DNA of 64,000 nt from Rhizophagus irregularis (lineage: Eukaryota). The notes below the pieces were generated by a model. That model saw only the letters and a list, made by a program, of their open reading frames with translations. It did no database searches and was not told the origin of the DNA. Below, piece by piece: positions 26,497-39,546 of this stretch. The stretch's first letter is position 1. Each line of letters opens with the position of its first letter. Where the stretch lies: positions 1,984,001-2,048,000 of the forward strand of contig NC_089435.1 in NCBI RefSeq assembly GCF_026210795.1, given 5' to 3'. Position numbers and translations under genes: made by a program.

Positions 26497-28640
26497 ATGA
26501 CTTCTATTCAAGAAAACATAGTTTACGATGCAATTCATAGAGCATATGCATTAACAGATTATAATACTCAAGATACCTTAGACAAACAATTTGAATTTAT
26601 GCAACAAACTATTCTTGATGATAAATCTCTTACAAAAGATGAAAAATCATATATAATAAAATTATTAAATGAAGATTTTGATTATTATAAAATTCTTCTT
26701 AATGAAGGAACAAAAAGAATTTGTGAAAATTGTCATGATGAATGTTTAGCTACATTATACTGTGAACATTGTGTTCGAAATTATTTAAAATCAAAATTTT
26801 CAAACTGGACATCTGGTAATAATGATATTGATAATTTAATACAACAATGTCAAATGGAAGCACTTAAATATTTAATATTTTTCAATTTATCATATGGTAT
26901 CCATTCTACTATTCTATTTGGTTTAACTAAAGGTGGATGCTCCGAAATTTATACAGCATATTGGATTGATGGACGTTATGATGAATGGGATTCAAAAGAA
27001 AATCATTTAAAAAGATATAAAGAACATGATGTAATACTTAAAAAGTTAGAAAATGTTGAGAGTGCTAATAAAAGTTGGTTTGAAGAGGTATGTAATTTAA
27101 AATTATTTGAAAAGGTGACTAAAATAATTATTATATAGTAATATCCTTTATTTTTTTATAGGGTAAATTTCATTTATCTATAAGTAATAAATATATGATA
27201 GTCATATTGTTAAATGCTTTGGTATAACAAAAGATCCATCGGATAGAAATTATCTGCTTGTAATGTATAAATTGAATAATAATTTGAGAGAATATTTACA
27301 TCAAAATCATAATAAACTTACATGGAAAAGAAGAATTCAAATTATTAATAATATAGTATTTGGTGTATCTAAAATTCATGAAGAAAATGCAATTCACAGA
27401 GATTTGCATTCTGGAAATATATTATTTAGTAAAACAAATATTCGTATAAGTGATCTTGGATTTTGTGGACCAGTCGATAAACCATTAAATAGTATATATG
27501 GAAATCTTCCTTATATAGCTCCTGAAGTTATTGGAAAAATGAAATATTCTTTTGCATCTGATGTCTATAGTATTGGTATGCTCATGTGGGAAATCTCATC
27601 TGGACAACCACCTTTTGTTTATAAACATGATTATGATCTTGCACTAAAAATAATAAATGGAATGAGACTGAGAATAATACCGGAAACTCCTTTAAAATAT
27701 AAAGAACTAATGGAACAATGTTGGGATGCTGACCCAACAAAAAGACCTGATATCGATACTCTTTATGATGAAATGGAATCTTTATATAGATCATATCTCA
27801 ATAATGAAAATGATGAACAACAGACAAATACAAGCATAGATAACTTTCAATTAAATACAAATATTAATATTAGTTCTACCAATTCTATTAACTCCTTTTT
27901 TAGAAATTCAAGCAGTAGAGTTTATTATTTTAAGGATTTGCCTGAACCAAGAAATGCAACAAAAGGTAAAAAAAAATTTATTTACCAAGATTAGTTAATA
28001 TCATAATAACCGTTCATCTCTATTTTTATTTATTAATAGAAGAACAAGAAGGTAATCATCAATATTTGTCAAAACAAATTATACATGGAAAAGTATAGTA
28101 TTTATACGTTTGTTTTATAGCTCATCATAGTATACAATTTGACTTTGATTTACAAGATGGCATGATTACAGGTAATAATTAATACATAATTTTGAAATTT
28201 CTTAATTGAAATGATAATTTAATAGTTTATTTATTTTTTTAAGAAGTAAAAGAAAAATTTAATAAAAGAAGTTACTTTAATGGTAATCAGTCATTTTATG
28301 AATTTTTATCAGCAGTAAGTAAAACAATTAATTTTCTATTACTTAAAAGTAGAAGGACAAGATGATTTGACTATTAACCCTAAGAAAGTAAGGTTGAATA
28401 ATAGTAATTATAAAGGTAATTATTTCTAGATCACAAAAATTATTTTAGAATTACTACACATGTAATAAAATAGGATACTTAAAATTAGATGATGATAAAA
28501 TATATAATCCCAATTTTCATTTAGAAGAACAAGATGAATTAAAAGTTTCTGACTGTAAGCATATTTTTAGAATATCTTCTTACATACTATGATTAATATT
28601 AACTTATAATAACCAAATAAACAATTTTTAGGTAAGATGA
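26497..28640 (+). pseudogene. Multi-exon tyrosine-kinase-like protein kinase, probably disabled
   Basis: N-terminal CENC..CEHC and WTSGNNDID; intron 27088-27161; IHRDLHSGNIL, SDLG, YIAPE and DVYSIG motifs; about five short 3' exons to about 28640. An extra AT near 27190 breaks the frame, and 26864-26926 is inverted. Confidence 0.75.
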
Positions 28641-29192
28641 GTCTAAACTATCTATTAAACTAAATTTATTGTTAAGAATTATTTAAACACTAAGGTTTAG
28701 AGTAGCAATATTTGCAAGTTTCTTAGTTTGTAATTTGAATAATTCACTTATTTATAAGTATACATATGATTTAATAAATTTATAAAATTAAATAAATCAT
28801 GTAATGTGTAATATCATAAAAATTTGCTATTTTTAAACTTTTATAATAGATAAATAAAACGATCACAACTGTAAGTAAGTACTTTACTGAAACTTGTGAA
28901 ATCGGGACTGTGTAGTAGCTATGTAGCTGCTATATATATTATAAAAAAGTAGTAGGCGTATTGCTATTTTATGTTTAACGTAGAGTATCCATATGGAGCA
29001 AATATAAAAATACTGTGAATAATTTAGATAGTCCAGCAAGTTTATATGTAACAAATACAATGTAAAAATGTAGTTTAAGTGTAGCTTATGTAATGCAAAA
29101 ATGTAGTTTATTTAATGCAAAAATATTGTTTATTTAAAGTAATATTACAGTTTACTCAAAGTTATAATACAGCTTCATTGTATCAACTATCT

Positions 29193-29279
29193 AAATCTAT
29201 ATTACATCTATATTAAATCTATATTAAATCTATATTAAATCTATATTAAATCTATATTAAATCTATATTAAATCTATTT
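29193..29279. repeat. 11-bp minisatellite (aaatctatatt)n
   Basis: About 8 tandem units. Confidence 0.9.
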
Positions 29280-30984
29280 TGTATCGATATTAATCTATAC
29301 TAAAAAAAAAGAAAAAAGTTAAGAAAATCTTTTTTCTAAAGTTTCGAATCCCTTTTTTCAAAACTATACTTGGGATTTTGGTTTCCAAGCTGGAGCCAAC
29401 TTCTCTACAAAAAAAAGGAAAAAAATTAAAAAAAATCTTTAAGTTTCAAATTCCTTTTTTTCGAATCTTACCTATCTCATGCGAGTGTCTAACTAAGAGT
29501 TAGTTCACCAAGATCCATGTCTGAGCCGCCTAAAAAAAAGGAAAAAAGAAGAAATTAGCAACTGTTTTTAAAAGACGAAATAAAGATGGAATAAAACAAA
29601 AAAATAATACTCCCACTGATGTCCCGCATCCAAAGAATTTAAGAACCGTCTAAAAAGAAAAAAAGAACAGTTAGAAAATGTTCATCAAAATAAAAATCAA
29701 GAAAAAAAATAACAAACTTACTGATATGCCACATCTGGAGAGACCAGAAGAACAGGACCCGGATATCTCCAAAACAGGTCATAAGTCACACTTTCGGCAG
29801 ATTGGCCCATTTTTTAGGGGCTCAAAAAATCGTTTTTTGTAAATATCTCGGCATCCAGTGGTCCAATTTTGATGAACTTTTTTTTAAATTGTAGAGCTAA
29901 ATGAGGGCTACAAAATAAAAAATAGTTCATTAAAATTGAATTACTGGATGCTGAGATATTTACAAAAAACGATTTTTTGAGTTTTAGCAAAAAGGGGTGT
30001 TTTTGGCCAAAAGTCCATTATGACCTTTACAGTGGCTCTCAAAAGATTTGCATCACCGAAAAAAAAATTTTTAATTTTTAATATCTCGTGACCTAATCAT
30101 GGTTAACGACTGAAATTTAAAAATCTAAAAATAGAAAACTCGGGCTATCTAAAAATAAAGTTTTGCATTAATTGATTGGCTAGTTTTATAATCACATGAT
30201 ATTTAATCCAAAAACCCTGATGCATTTCTTTTGATCGGGGTTGATCTTCTTCAAAAATTAAATTTTTACAAGAATTAGCCATACTTTTTATGATAAATTA
30301 AATGACAAATTAAGTAATATATGACTAATATTATTAAATAATTTTAAAAAAAATCAGCAATTCCAGTAATTTGTTCTTTATCTATTTAAATAATATACAC
30401 AATAATTACTATGTTACTTATAAATTTAGTATAAAGTTTATTGCAAATAAAATGTTAAGGAGAATTCCTATGACAAACCCATAGCAAAATTTAAGTTCTC
30501 CTTGTTAAGAGGATTAATCAGAGCTAAATTTCGCGCATATCGGACCAGTAGATGCGCAGAAATTAAGTGTTAAAGATCACCAATAATTTTCATTTTACAT
30601 ATGAGGTAGATCATTTCAATATGTAAAATGAAAATTATTGGTGATCTTTAACACTTAATTTCTGCGCATCTACTGGTCCGATAAACGCGAAATTTAGCTC
30701 CGATTAATCCTCTTAACAAGGAGAATTTAAATTTTGCTATGGTTTTGTCATAGGAATTCTCCTTAACATTTTATTTGCAATAAACTTTATACCAAATTTA
30801 TAAGTTACATAGTAATTATTGTGTATATTATTTAAATAGATAAAGAACAAATTACTGGAATTGCTGATTTTTTAAAATTATTTAATAATATTAGTCATAT
30901 ATTACTTAATTTGTCACTTAATTTATCATAAAAAGTATGGCTAATTCTTGTAAAAATTTAATTTTTGAAGAAGATCAACCCCGA

Positions 30985-32043
30985 TGTAACCTGAGAAATC
31001 AGGGTAATTACGTGAGCGGATGAATAAAAGACCGAATGGAACAAGGATAAATAATTAACCGACGGATAGATAATTAGCCGAAGGATAAATAATTAATCGA
31101 TAAAATAATATTTATAGTTTAGTTTAGTTTAGTCACGAGATAGTCATATGATAATACATCTTTATTTTCTTATTGTTCTTAAATTTTTATTAGTAGAAAA
31201 GTTAGAAATAGTAGAAATAATTTTCTTAAAAATGTATAAATATAGGTGGGATTCGTTAGGAATTCCGCAGTCAGTTGTTGACTCAAATTTAATAAAATAA
31301 ATATTAATTATTAAAAGTTATCTTGAATATGCTCATTGTACGCTTGAGAATTAATTAATATTATATTATTAAGTCCAGAAAAGTAAAGTAAAAGAAGTTA
31401 TTCTCATTTTGTTGTATGAAATATCACAGGTCAAAATTAGTTAAATAGGGTATCAATAGGTTATCAATAGGTTATCAATCGGCTATCAATAGGCTACCCT
31501 ATTGGTAGCCTATTGAACTTGCGCCATAATCCGTCACCAATCGGGCAGGCTGATTGTTAGCCAATTAATAACTTATTGATAACCTATTAGTATCCTATTG
31601 GTATTTTTATCAAATTGGTTATCAATAAGGTATTAATAGGTTTTCAATAGGTTATCAATCAGCCTGCCCGATTGGTGACGGATTATGGCGTAAGTTCAAT
31701 AGGCTACCAATAGGGTAGCCTATTGATAGCCGATTGATAACCTATTGATAACCTATTGATACCCTATTTAACTAATTTCGACCTGTGTATAATAAGAAGT
31801 TAGGAGAACTCTCGCAGTTATAAGAAATAAAGTGGTAATATTTGAAAGAATAAATATTACATAAAGAATAATATTTTGGGAATATTATGAATGAGTGGTA
31901 GTATTGAGAATAGATACTATGGATATATGAGAAAGAAAGCGAGAAGTTAAAAGAAAAGTAAAATCTAAACCAAGCGAAATAATGAGAAATAAAGTTGTAA
32001 TGAGAATGATGTGTTTATCCACAGGTGGCAGACGTGGGTGACA
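30985..32043 (+). mobile_element. Solo LTR (Gypsy-like, 4-bp TSD)
   Basis: TGT...ACA termini. TSD ccga at 30981-84 and 32044-47; the uninterrupted left arm of element B shows the empty site. Homologous to the LTR sequences at 37.2 kb and 45.8 kb. Confidence 0.9.
31425..31787. mobile_element. Palindromic MITE D (CAC...GTG, 3-bp TSD; CACTA/CMC-like)
   Basis: TSD tat on both sides. TIR cacaggtc(a/g)aaattagttaaataggg. Subterminal tatcaatagg repeats. Confidence 0.85.
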
Positions 32044-32710
32044 CCGATCAAAAGAAATGCATCAGGGCTTTTGGATTAAATGTCATGTGATTAGAGAACC
32101 AGCCAATCAATTAACGCGAAACTTTATATTTAGATAGCTCGAGTATTCTATTTTTAGATTTTTAAATTTCAGTCGTTAACTATGATTAGGTCATGAGATA
32201 TTAAAAATTAAAAATTTTTTTTTCGGTGATGCAAATCTTTTGAGAGACACTGTATATTAGATATCCAGGGTTCTAGAAGAACCGTCTAAAAGAAGAAAAA
32301 ATTGAAACGTTAGAAAACATTTCATTAAATAAATAGTTAAAGAAAAAAATGCTTACCGAAATCCACATCAAGAAGTTTGAAAAATAGGTCACCTAAAAAG
32401 GAGAGAGTAATGTTAATAAACATTTCTCAAAAAATAGTTCAAAAAATAAATCTTCACCCACCAAATTATCACGCGTATGTTCTTTGTAGGCTGGTGAGAG
32501 ATTGTAAAACTGAAAAAATAAAATAATTAATATAAAGTTACGAAATTAAAATAATAAATTTCTCATTCTTACAAAAATCAAACTTTTGCTCAATGAGAAT
32601 TGTTCTGTCAACCACTGTTCCCGGATGACAATTGCCTAATTTATCGCTGTCACGTGGTTCAGTTGGCGTAAATCTGGTATGATGCCTCTTTTGCAATATA
32701 ATACTATATA

Positions 32711-33201
32711 TTACAGCTATTTTCTAAATTATTGATCCCCTCCCCTGTTATTTTTAAAAAATTTTTCAGACACAGTCAGACGCAATCAGACGCAGTTAGA
32801 CACAGTCAGACACAGTAATTCGGGCTGACTTATAGTGCCGGCCGGAATTATGAGTCATGTGGTTACACAAATTCCAAAAAAAGGAAATTTTTGAATTTGC
32901 AAAAATCACAAAATATTTTTTGTGGAATGGGTATCATCCAAAAAGGAAATAATATCGTGTTAAATTTCCATTTTGGACGATACCCATTCCACAAAAAATA
33001 TTTTGTGATTTTTGCAAATTCAAAAATTTCCTTTTTTGGAATTTGTGTAACCACATGACTCATAATTCCGGCCGGCACTATAAGTCAGCCCGAATTACTG
33101 TGTCTGACTGTGTCTGACTGCGTCTGATTGCGTCTGACTGTGTCTGAAAAATTTTTTAAAAATAACAGGGGGGAGGTCAATAATTTAGAAAATAGCTATA
33201 A
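32711..33201. repeat. Near-perfect ~490-bp palindrome
   Basis: Arms of about 240 bp containing (cagacacagt)n, with a loop near 32951-32963. No TSD. It truncates the gag relic. Confidence 0.9.
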
Positions 33202-35593
33202 CATTCTCTTTATCATTTTTCCTTGTTGTTCTACAATATTAAGTAGATTTCCATAATCTACTGGGTCTTTTGACTTAACTCCTACAATATTATCTTTTCT
33301 TGGTCCACGTTTTCCTCCTGCTTCTTTCCATCTATTTATTCCTTCCATTGTGTTATAATATTCTCCTCTCTTTTTACTCCATTTATATCTTTTTGGAATA
33401 TTCGTATTATCTGGTCCTATTGGTCTATCATACATTGGTTGTTCATCTTCCTTTTCTTCCATTGGAGTTTCTTCTCTATTCCTATATTTATAATCTTCTT
33501 TCCCTCTTTCCACAATATCTTTATCCAAATTTGGCTTTCCAAAATTTTTCCATCCTTGTGCAGGATTTATTCTATTACTTCTTCTTCTTTCTTGTACTGG
33601 ATTATCTTTCTCATATAGATCTCGTTCATAACTATATAATTGTGGATCATCATATTCCTCATATTCATAATCATAATTATCATCTGATTCTTCATATTCT
33701 TCATACTCATCATCTCTTCCATAATTTCCTGTGTCCATCAGATTAACTCTTCTTTCATTCCTTCTAATATTATTTCCTAATGGACATCTAGTCGCAAAAT
33801 GACCTTTTCTATGACACCTAAAACAAGTTACTTCATCATAATTAATCGGTATTCTACTATTCCTTCCTTGATTCAATTAACTTCTGTTTCCACTTTTGTT
33901 ATCTAACTTACTTTCTATATTCTGTAGTTTTCCTAACATATAAATCTTCATTTTCTCCATGTCTTTTACTAAATTATCTTCATAATCTTCCTTCAATGCA
34001 TGGTTTATTAAACTTATTTTCTTACTCATTCTTTCCATTATCATTTTGTCTAACATCTTGAGTATTATTATTTTGAACATTATTTCGATTTAACAAACTC
34101 TGATTCATCACACTTTGTAACACCATTTGATTTCCTGTTTCTATAATTTTAGCCCTTTCAATAGCTGCATCTAATGTTGCTGGTGCCGTTTCCATTACTC
34201 TTGATATCATAGTTGGACTCAATCCTTGAATAAAATAATTAACTTTGTACATTTCCCTAAATCATTTACTCCTGGTGCCACTTTTTTTATTAATTTTCTG
34301 AATCTACTTGCATATGCTCCTACTTTTTCATTCATTTCTTATCTAATCGTTTGCAATTCTCTGATCCATTGATTCTTTCTAATATCACTTGCATAATGAT
34401 CTTTTAATATCTTAGTAAAATTATTATTTCCATGGTTATGAGTATCCTCTTCCCATCTCTGTATTTCTCCTCGCTTATTTTCATACCAATCAGCTGCTTC
34501 TCCTCGCATACATGCTGCTGCTTTTCTGATTTTATCAATTTGATTAGCTCCCTCTTGATAACTATTTGCATTCCAAACAACTTCAAAATCTCTAATTCAC
34601 TCATATGGATCTTGATCTCCCATAATATAATGGTAAATCTCCTACTTTCGCTGCTCTATTAACTGGTCCTGCCAAATTTCCAACTCTTGTTTCAACTTGA
34701 TTAATTCTTCCAAATATTGTATCTGCTGGTGGAACTAAAGCATTCCAATCATTACCAATATCATGTCCTAACATTATATTTCCAAATGTTCTCAAATCTT
34801 CTCTAATGTAATTTCTTTCTGCTGCCATGTATTCTCTTGAAATAAATCTTGTAAATTGTAATCAGATAGTTCACTTTCGTTATCAGAATCTTTAATGTTC
34901 AATGAATTATTTGAATCTGAATTTTGACTTAAACCAAAACCTTCTGTATTTATAACATTTTCAATTTCTTCTTAATTTATATTCTCAATATTTTCATTCC
35001 ATTCCTCATCTTCTGGACTTAATATTTCTCCAATCTTTTCTGAATCATCTGAATTATCATTTTCTTTTTCAACTTCTTCTTCACTTTCTTCAATTTCAAA
35101 TTTCTTTAAATATTCATCCAATATTCTTCTTATTTCTTTTTCTGATTCATTCTTATATTCTTGAAATAACTTTATAAAGTCTGCACTCAAAATGTCAATA
35201 TCTCTATATTCCATACTTATTAATCTTAATAATTCTCCATCAGAAACTTCAATTTCTAAAACTTTGATTGGATTTTTTAACTGTTCTAATCTTTTCTCTA
35301 TTTCTATTTCATCATTCAATTCATTCTCATCTTCCAAATTTTCTAATTCTTTTTCATAACAACTTTTACATATTCTTTCTGCAAATTCTTTATCATATTC
35401 TACTGCTTCTTCTATCAATGTCATTTTATACCATTTTCTAAGTTCTTTAGTTATTTCTTCATCGTCTAATTCTTTAATTGTTATATAGTTCTCCATAAAA
35501 TCTTTAGTTTTCATTATTTCATATTCTACTCCAAAATTTATTATTCGTCTTATTTTTTCAATATCAATTTCGTAACCATTTTTTAACCAATAA
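33196..35593 (-). pseudogene. Ty3/Gypsy gag relic (3' part of the long ORF: acidic region, capsid, CCHC knuckle)
   Basis: GDLPLYYG..DPYE, KVNYFIQGL..PATLDAAIERAKIIE and CFRCHRKGHFATRC. Several stops and frameshifts. Confidence 0.85.
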
Positions 35594-37205
35594 TCTCCCT
35601 ATATATATTTGGCAATTCTTTGTCACTAATTAAATTGAAGGCATGTGATTGGTCACGGGAAGGTGTGGAGATTGCGTCGCATCCCCCTTTATCAGCTGAT
35701 TCACCACTATACATATGCGCAGTCTCTGTTATTTGCGCAGTCACTAACAAGATTCATGGCAAGACTCAGTAGTTCAAATCTGGGGGATAATTTTTTTTTA
35801 CATTTTTTTTGATGAGGTCACAAGACACAGGTTCGAATCCAGGAATATTTTTTTACATATATTTTTTTGACATATTTCGCAAGATCACGGGTTCAGATCT
35901 TTAAGCCAAGCGCCAACCCGTATTGGCTTATCAAGAGAAATCATGGCAAAGTATATCAGCTTGAATGTCATTCAAGCCAAACCGAATCAGCTTAAAGGGC
36001 ATTCATACACGTATACTTTTGTTAGTGCATGTAGAGACATGTACATGTGATAAAGTATACGTAAATACGCATAAACAAGCTGAACCAAGCCAGCCAACTG
36101 ATGGAGTCAAATTTTATCACGCGATGTTACACAAATTTCCAAAAAAGGAAATTTTGTTCCTCACGAAAAATTAACTTTTGAGTTACACGAAATTTCCAAA
36201 AAAGGTAATTTCTTTGCAGATCAATTAATTCCGGCCAGAATTAAAGATTTATTAAAGTCTATCATGTGACGTTTACAAATTTTCAAAAAGGAAATTCTTA
36301 TGCAAATCACATTTCAATATTTAACTTTTAACAATACTATATATTCCAATACTATATAACAATATTACAATACTATATTAATAAAAATATAATATTTAAA
36401 ATTCTAATGATACTCTATAATAAATACAATTGATTTTTAATAAACAAAAATAATAAAATACAATATTTAAATTTTAACAATATTTTATAAATAAAATTTC
36501 ATATTTGATTTTTTAATAATACTATTATCAAACTTATATTTCAATTTACTTACCAACAATTTATTACTATTACCAATTAAAGAGCAAATATTAAAAAACA
36601 TATAAATTAGCATTATACCAAACTTTAGATTAATAACAATTTAACTGATACTCCAACAAGTAAAAAACTTTTAAAATTATAAGACTTTCTAGATCAAAAA
36701 TCTAATTTCATTTATCTGATAATAGACATATTACAATATAATTATTTATTACTATCTAACACATAACTTCTTATGTATTAAATAGAAAGAATATTAAGAT
36801 AACGATAATACCTGCAAAATATATTTTCAAAAAATACTCCATCTTACAATTAAATATAAATCCATATTAATAAAATCTTCAGATCTATAAAAATACAATT
36901 AACTCTCAATATAACAAAGTAGATGTCCAAGCTTATCAAACTTTCATTATAAAAAAATTCATTAATACTATATAATAAATTATTTAGTATATTGAAAAAT
37001 TTTAGTATAATGCAGTAAAATAAAGGAAAATTAAAAAATTTATAAAATGTTATGCACTTATACTCAAGAAAACTTCAAACTACTCTTTATATTAAAATTT
37101 ATTTTGCAAAAATCTTTTTTATATTAAAAAAAAAGTTCGTTTTAAAAAAAATTCATTATATTAAATATATAAGATTCAAATCTTTTCTAATATTAATGAT
37201 AAAGC

Positions 37206-37993
37206 TGTAATAACTGAAAATACGATAATATAAAATAAGGATAAATAATTAGCCGAAGGATAAATGATTAGCCGATGGGTAAATAATTCAGTGTTTGGCA
37301 AATGGTTTGAAATGACCAAATGATTCAAATGAAAAATGACAAATGACATGTCATTTCAATGCTCAAATGACAAATGATCTTGGTCATTTGAATGTAATTT
37401 TGGCCAGCATTATGATTTTTGCCTACACTACATTCATTATTTTTTAATTATAGTCACATGATTATTTATGTGATAAATATTAGCCAATCAAAATCAAATG
37501 ATTGAAATGACCAAATGACAAATGATTATGAATAATGACAAATGATTTCATAAATCATTTAAATGGTCAAATGACCAGGTCATTTCCGAACACTGAAATA
37601 ATTAGCCAATAAAATTATATTTATAGTTTAGTTTAGTGTAACGAGATAGTCATATGATAATAGATCTTCAAATTTTATTAGAAATATTAGAAATATTAGA
37701 AATATTTTTCTTAAAAATGTATAAATACAAGTGGATTTCGATAGGAAATTCCACAGTTCAATTTTTTTGGAAAATAAAAATTTTAATTCGTCTTTAATAA
37801 TAAACTAACACATTCTTTTAGCCTTTTTCTTATGAGTAAAAAGTGCCACATTAATTATTACTTTTAATTAATGGTTTATTAATGTTTTGTAACTAATTTT
37901 TATTTTAAACCAAGCATAGATATTATACGAACTCAACATGTCGGTGGCAACATACGATATTTTATTTTAATATCCTATGGGCGGCATGTCACA
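37206..37993 (+). mobile_element. Probable 5' LTR of a Gypsy element inserted in the Helitron
   Basis: Starts with TGT and shares the ggataaataattagccga repeats and gagatagtcatatgataa block with the solo LTR. Ends ACA, followed by a PBS-like TGGTGCAT at 37998. The 3' boundary is inferred. Confidence 0.6.
37289..37595. mobile_element. hAT-type MITE inside the LTR
   Basis: CAGTGTT...AACACTG termini, 8-bp TSD aaataatt, subterminal aaatgac repeats. Confidence 0.9.
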
Positions 37994-39546
37994 TTTTTGG
38001 TGCATACTCGCGAGAAAATAAAAGATTGTTGTCTTCATATAAGATCTAAGTAAGAAATAAAAGAAAAGTATATGAGAAAATAAAAAAAAAAATTTGTGAA
38101 ATTAATAAGAAAAGGATGATATAAGAAATCATCAAAGAAGTAATAGATGATATGAGAAATCATCAAAGAAGTAATAGATAAGGAAGACTTATCTGAAATA
38201 TGAGAAAAGTGTTACTATATATGAAAAAGGATATAGTAAAAGAAAATATATAAGAAAAATTAAAATATTATCGAATGATATACGAGAAATAAGAGAAGGT
38301 AATATTATGAAAAAGGAATATTATGGAATATATGAGAAATGAAAATATACAATATATTGAAAAGTATATATCGAAAGGATGAATGAAATATTCGAGATAA
38401 TAATGAAAAGATTTAAAAAATTGAATGAAAATAAAAATTTATAATGAGAATGAATTTTGTGAATAATAAGAAGTTAATAAATGATTGAAAAATTTGAAAA
38501 GTATTATAAGAAAAGAAAAGTTATTAGTGACAAACCCGTAAACTACTATACTTCTATGAAGAAGGTAAAGGCAAGCCCGGTATAGGTTACTAAATGAAAG
38601 AGAAAATTAAATGATATTGTAAATATAAGAAATATCAAAATGTTGTTATTTGATATATGAAAAATAATTTTATTACAATAAAAGAATGATATGAAAGATT
38701 GCAAAAGATAATAATGAATTATATGAAATAAAATGATGTAATAATGATGTAGTAAAAGAAATTGCGTAAGCATGTTGCGTAAAATAAATAAATAAAATGT
38801 TGTACAAATCACGTGAGTAATGTAAATCACATGATGAAGCGTAGTAAATAAAAGAAATAAGAGAAAGTATAAGTCATGTGATAAGGCGCAGTAAAAGAAA
38901 AATATAGCTGCCCCTTGGGCAGGGGCGACTGATTAATAAAAATACAAATGAATAAGAAAACAATAGAAGAGATAGTTGTATTACCAGGGGTGTTTGTCAA
39001 CAGAAATTTTAGTACGTTGATCGCTTAAAAATCCGTGGCTATCCAATTATAATAAGAAAATATTAATGAATTATAAAATGAAATGCGAGAAATAAAAATA
39101 ATATGAAATAGATTTGAAATAAATATTTTGGAAGTTAATATAAGAAAAAGATTAAAAGTTATTAAAAGTTTAATTTTGTGTATAAAACTGGGAGAACCCC
39201 AGTATAAATAAGAGCACACTGGGAGGACCCAGTATAAATAAGCCTTTGTTGGTAATCATATTAGTCTGATACTGGGCGGCCCCAGTTATAAATAATCCCT
39301 AGCTTTGATCACAGTTTATTTGCGCAAGATATAGAAAGTTTATAAATAAAATCGCGATTATAGATTATATTATAGAATGTATAGAGAAATTATAGAATCA
39401 AAGCTGGAACTTTGAAAATATTAGAATTTAAATTGTATTGTAAAGAAGTAAAAGATAAAATAGTAATTTAAATGATGTTAAATTAATGATAAAATTTTAT
39501 AAAATATAAATAAGAGTGAAATTATGAAATGTTTAAATAAATAAAA

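Larger units (their letters stand above)
30030..32252. mobile_element. Tc1/mariner-type non-autonomous foldback element B
   Basis: TA|CAGTG...CACTG|TA. Arms of about 570 bp around a loop at about 30603-30618. The right arm is split by the solo LTR. Confidence 0.9.
29754..32274. mobile_element. MITE A (AGGACC termini, 8-bp TSD), outermost layer of the nest
   Basis: TSD agaagaac at 29746-53 and 32275-82. Termini aggacccggatatct / agatatccagggttct. Internal palindrome at 29821-29981. Confidence 0.75.

Noticed and set aside
35820..35850. tRNA gene (GGTTCGAATCC)
   Set aside because: No acceptor stem, D-arm or anticodon arm could be folded; it is part of a tandem repeat.
36500..37200. Helitron Rep domain remnant
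   Set aside because: The position fits and there are faint motif hints, but it is too degraded to support a call.
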